From: Tubiluchus corallicola
Lineage: Eukaryota; Animalia; Priapulida
DNA: 64,000 nt
Assembly (NCBI GenBank): GCA_030141605.1
Contig: JAQGDQ010000620.1
Location: 10,853-74,852, forward strand
Direction: 5' to 3'
Shown here: positions 60,356 through 64,000 of the stretch, in pieces
Numbering within the stretch: the stretch's first letter is position 1
Layout: each line of letters opens with the position of its first letter
Made by a program: the position numbers and the translations under genes
Notes under the pieces: generated by a model
Database searches by the model: none
The model's input: the letters and a program-made list of their open reading frames with translations, nothing else
Told to the model about the DNA's origin: nothing

Positions 60356-62757
60356 GGGGGAGAGAGAGAAAGGAGGGAGAGAGAGAGAGGGAGGGGGAGA
60401 GAGAGAGAAGAGAGAGGGAGAGAAGAGAGAGAGGGAGAGGGAGGGGGAGAGAAGAGAGAGATAGAGAGAGAGGGGGGAGAGACAGAGAGGGAGAGAGAGA
60501 GAGAGAGGGAGGGGGGGAGAGAGAGAGAAGAGAGAGGGAGAGAAGAGAGAGATAGAGAGACAAACATTGCGGGTGTTGTCTGTTATCGCAAAAAGGTTGC
60601 TGGCTTTGAAAAAAATTAAAATATTTAAAGTTTATCGTCGGATTTGCAACAATTTCAGTCTCGGCGAAATCTTGACGAACATTTCACAATACTTTTTAGA
60701 ATAGTGCTACGAGTTTTTTCAACATTTTGGCTACCTTTTTGCAAATCTCAGCTGTCCCGCGCTTCCTTTTGCGAATATTTCGTGAAACTGTCGTGAAATG
60801 ATAGTAATACACTCGTGCCTTCTCACAGAAGTCGTCAAACATGTCGCACGACAGTCTCGTGATTTTTGTCAGTGAAAAAGGCCCTAAATTCACACTAAAT
60901 GTGGCAACAATCGCACGAACTTCCCACGAATCATTTGTTGCACAATCCAGCCGCGGGAATTTTTTGACGATTACTGGATTTAAAAATGTTTCGACTGTCA
61001 CAAAAGAAGTTACGGCCCCGTGAAACTCTGGATTTAAAGATGTTTCAATTGTCACAAAAGAAGTTACGGCCCCGTGAAACTCTGGATTTAAAGATGTTTC
61101 AATTGTCACAAAAGAAGTTACTGCCCCGTGAAACTCTGGATTTAAAGATGTTTCAATTGTCACAAAAGAAATTACGGCCCCGTGAAACTCTGGATTTAAA
61201 GATGTTTCAATTGTCACAAAAGAAGTTACTGCCCCGTGAAACTCTGGATTTAAAAATGTTTCAATTGTCACAAAAGAAGTTACGGCCCCGTGAAACTCTG
61301 GATTTAAAGATGTTTCAATTGTCACAAAAGAAGTTACGGCCCCGTGAAACTCTGGATTTAAAGATGTTTCAATTGTCACAAAAGAAGTTACTGCCCCGTG
61401 AAACTCTGGATTTAAAGATGTTTCAATTGTCACAAAAGAAGTTACTGCCCCGTGAAACTCTGGATTTAAAGATGTTTCGATTGTCACAAAAGAAGTTACG
61501 GCCCCGTGAAACTCTGGATTTAAAGATGTTTCAATTGTCACAAAAGAAGTTACGGCCCCGTGAAACTCTGGATTTAAAGATGTTTCAATTGTCACAAAAG
61601 AAATTACGGCCCCGTGAAACTCTGGATTTAAAGATGTTTCAATTGCCACAAAAGAAGTTACGGCCCCGTGGAACTCTGGATTTAAAGATATTTCGATTGT
61701 CACAAAAGAAGTTACGGCCCCGTGAAACTCTGGATTTAAAGATGTTTCAATTGTCACAAAAGAAATTACGGCCCTGTGAAACTCTGGATTTACAAGCTCT
61801 GCTAAAGTAACACATGACATCCATCCTTTTCTTGAAAAACTGCATTTTTACATCTAAGCTGTTCACGACAATTTACTTTGCATGCAGAGTTACAAATGTA
61901 TCTTCATACAAACATGCTAGCAGTTATAAGCAAGCTACAAAAGCAAAACATGGTTGTCATATTTGCAGCTGCATTACGGAAAGAGTCACACAATGGAAAA
62001 GCTAAATTCTATCCATAAGCTCAGCTTGTCCGAAGCCAGCAATCAAGCAACATTGCATTTCCTCCAGAAGCAGCAACAGTGGAAATCTTTATAAGCTTTC
62101 TTCATCATTCAGATAGTTAATATGCAAGAGTCGCGCAATGGAAAAGCTAAATTCTATTCTCATGCTCAGCTTATCCAAAGCCAGCAAGCAAGCAACATTG
62201 CATTTCCTCCAGAAGCAGCAACAGTGGAAATCTTTATAAACTTTCTTCATCATTCAGATAGTTAATATGCAAGAGTCGCGCAATGGAAGAGCTAAATTCT
62301 ATTCTCGTGCTCAGCTTGACCAAAGCCAGCAAGCAAGCAACATTGCATTTCCTCCAGAAGCAGCAACAGCGGAAATCTTTGTAAACTTACTTCATCATTC
62401 AGATAGTTAATGTACATTTCATTATAGATGAATGCGTATTCGAAGTCTTGTTCCGCAGAAAGATCACGCATTGCGTACAAACACTCTACTTCATCGTCCA
62501 ATGAGTTGAGCGCTATGTGACTAAATGTTATCCTGCTGGACTGGAACATATCATAATAAACAGTTAAAGTAAACACGTTCAACAAATAAACAAAAACAAA
62601 GACTTACGGCATTGTTGAGATAAGTGAGATATAAATCGCTGTAGAAGAAGACGTAGTTAAAGTCCTGCTGATTGGCTAGATCTCGCATGTCGTACAAACA
62701 CTGTACTTCCTCTTCTAATGTGACAAGTCTGATATGTTTGAACGTGATTCTAGATGT
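55986..62757 (-). CDS. Patched/NPC1-family (PTCHD3-like, RND fold) protein, 3' part; upstream exons outside the window
   Basis: Exons join in frame and encode the end of the second luminal loop plus the last TM helices, with GLAVDYAVHI (GxxxD), GGFSTFLA and FGLFHGLLYLPVLLS signatures. Confidence 0.88.
57218..57339 (-). CDS. Patched-family exon
   Basis: (E)RAKGTLKNMAPAVFCGGFSTFLAFILLSTSESISFQQFFK; CAG/GTAAGT. Confidence 0.9.
57436..57580 (-). CDS. Patched-family exon (GxxxD helix)
   Basis: IDIGGTMYYWGLKVEMGLSICLILCVGLAVDYAVHIGHEFMVLPGTRQ; CAG/GTACAA. Confidence 0.9.
57557..58471. repeat. 76-bp x12 tandem repeat copying a 3' splice site and exon start
   Basis: ctgaaatgg at 57581 + 76n up to 58417. 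Confidence 0.96.
58517..59119. mobile_element. ~600-bp non-autonomous DNA element with imperfect TIRs
   Basis: atgtgtgcttgcatagcaaaatcgtccgtaagt versus acttatgaacggttttggtttgcaagcaacacat; related ends at 10052 and 36765. Confidence 0.7.
59156..59281 (-). CDS. Patched-family exon (two TM helices)
   Basis: IVGPELLRNLLLALAMVFLMTMLLISDVLCSLLVWTCVLLTM; CAG/GTATGA; 126 nt, phase 0-0. Confidence 0.9.
59561..59606 (-). ncRNA. Minimal type I hammerhead ribozyme motif in a Penelope-like remnant (about 59500-59850)
   Basis: Minus strand: CCA CTGATGA T GACAG cagcagc CTGTC GAAAC GTT TGG; intact core, 5-bp stem II, loopless palindromic stem III, CCA/TGG stem I. Confidence 0.68.
60309..60561. repeat. (GA)n-rich polypurine tract
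   Basis: Directly visible. Confidence 0.95.
60975..61792. repeat. 54-bp minisatellite, about 15 copies
   Basis: Unit ctggatttaaagatgtttcaattgtcacaaaagaagttacggccccgtgaaact. Confidence 0.96.
61981..62411. repeat. 145-bp x3 tandem repeat overlapping the donor end of exon 62391-62540
   Basis: caatggaa at 61991, 62136, 62281; ttcatcattcagatagttaat at 62101, 62246, 62391. Confidence 0.93.
62391..62540 (-). CDS. Patched-family exon variant A (candidate mutually exclusive exon)
   Basis: SSRITFSHIALNSLDDEVECLYAMRDLSAEQDFEYAFIYNEMYINYLNDE; 150 nt; CAG/GTAAGT. Confidence 0.88.
62608..62757 (-). CDS. Patched-family exon variant B (candidate mutually exclusive exon)
   Basis: TSRITFKHIRLVTLEEEVQCLYDMRDLANQQDFNYVFFYSDLYLTYLNNA; 150 nt; CAG/GTAAGT; absent from the ORF track. 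Confidence 0.88.
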
Positions 62758-62933
62758 CTGAAATTGTTAGAGTCAAAAAAATATTCGTTTTACGAAAGAT
62801 CTCAATTTTGCAAACTAAAATGAGGAAAACCAGAACACCGAATTCAGGACGGTATTGTGTTGCATCAGATTTACATAATACTTCTATAATAAACTAGGTA
62901 ATGATTGATGTACAAAACTGGGGGTGCACTGTA

Positions 62934-63121
<188 letters not shown>

Positions 63122-63376
63122 ATTCACAAAGCATGAAATGGGATCTGACTCTCTTTCGAGAAGCTTTGAAACAAAATGCAAAATAATACTTTACATTTCT
63201 GAAACCGCATCTGATGGAAAAAAGGACATCAAAAAAGCATTTTCGGTGTTTCAGTCATTTTATTGTTCGAAAATTTACCTAATTTACCTAATTTAATTTG
63301 CAGAATGTTTGCAATAAGACCATAGATGATTCATTTCTCTTGAGAACTATGGAAGATGAAATGAGATCTGTATAAA

Positions 63377-63880
63377 CAGTGCCGGTTCCTGTGTATAGGT
63401 ACTGTGAAACTGCAGCACCCCCTATTTTCACTCATTGTTATGGATAATATTCAATATAGAAAGTCTTTTTTCTTTAGTTCTTTCTTTATACGTATGGAAC
63501 CAGAGCACGTGAGGGTAGTACTGTTTGCTTCACAGCCCAGCACAGTGCACTCACAATTCAAGCAATGCGGTGTTTGGCTGTTGTACACATGTCTAAGTCC
63601 AAGTAGAAAAAGTACTGTCGTTCACGCAGTTTGTTGTCACGTGCTTACCGTGAATGGGCCAAGTTGAACTGAGACAACTTAGGTTATTAGTAAACACAAA
63701 TAATTTTTCTTTATGATTTTATCAAGTTTATGTATAAATTTTCGTATGTTTGTTTGTGTAAAATTACAATTATCAATTACAACATCAAAATTACATATGT
63801 TTGTTTCAATTTACACAGTATTAACGCAATGGCTAAAAATTTTCTGAAGCAGCAACCCCAGTAATTATAGCTACCAGCCA
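63377..63880. mobile_element. hAT-like MITE, copy of 44754-45289
   Basis: cagtgccggttcc...gcagcaccccc...gagggtagtactgtttgcttcacagcccagcacag...caatggctaaaaat blocks shared. Confidence 0.75.
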
Positions 63881-64000
63881 GAAATTTCAGTGTTATCAAA
63901 CCTCTGCTATAAATCTTTTATAATATTTATCAAATCCTTCATTGCTTTGTTCAGGAATGAGAATTTTGCGCGGATACGCGGAATTCCGAGTTTTTGGAAG

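Noticed and set aside
60696-61820. 374 and 274 aa repeat ORFs; LNPEF also occurs in transportin exon 16
   Set aside because: 54-bp intronic minisatellite; the shared stretch is only 11 bp and consistent with chance

Overview
Eukaryotic (invertebrate animal-like), AT-rich, intron- and repeat-rich genomic DNA; most long ORFs in the supplied track are artefacts of tandem repeats. Three genes can be reconstructed by hand. (1) An intact mitochondrial aconitase with an intronless CDS (minus, 5867-8218), probably a retrogene. (2) Head-to-head with it, a complete 20-exon transportin-1/karyopherin-beta2 gene (plus, 9841-45441, 887 aa) whose first intron is U12-type. (3) The 3' part of a Patched/NPC1-family (PTCHD3-like) gene (minus, entering from beyond the right edge). 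The Patched-family gene is the most interesting. It has two homologous 150-nt tandem exons that look mutually exclusive, and two alternative cytoplasmic tails: a 68-aa one ending in a PDZ-type -TRF, or a 516-aa one that explains the 'orphan' 506-aa ORF. It also has seven CTCF-like motifs in the intron deciding between the tails, a 12-copy tandem array of one of its own splice acceptors, and a Penelope-type minimal hammerhead ribozyme in sense orientation. Across the window, several tandem duplications copy real exon boundaries (donors, acceptors, stop plus polyA signal). Several minisatellites are traceable to single-copy segments of MITEs or a LINE RT. All calls were made by eye, with no database searches; repeat and transposon boundaries are approximate.
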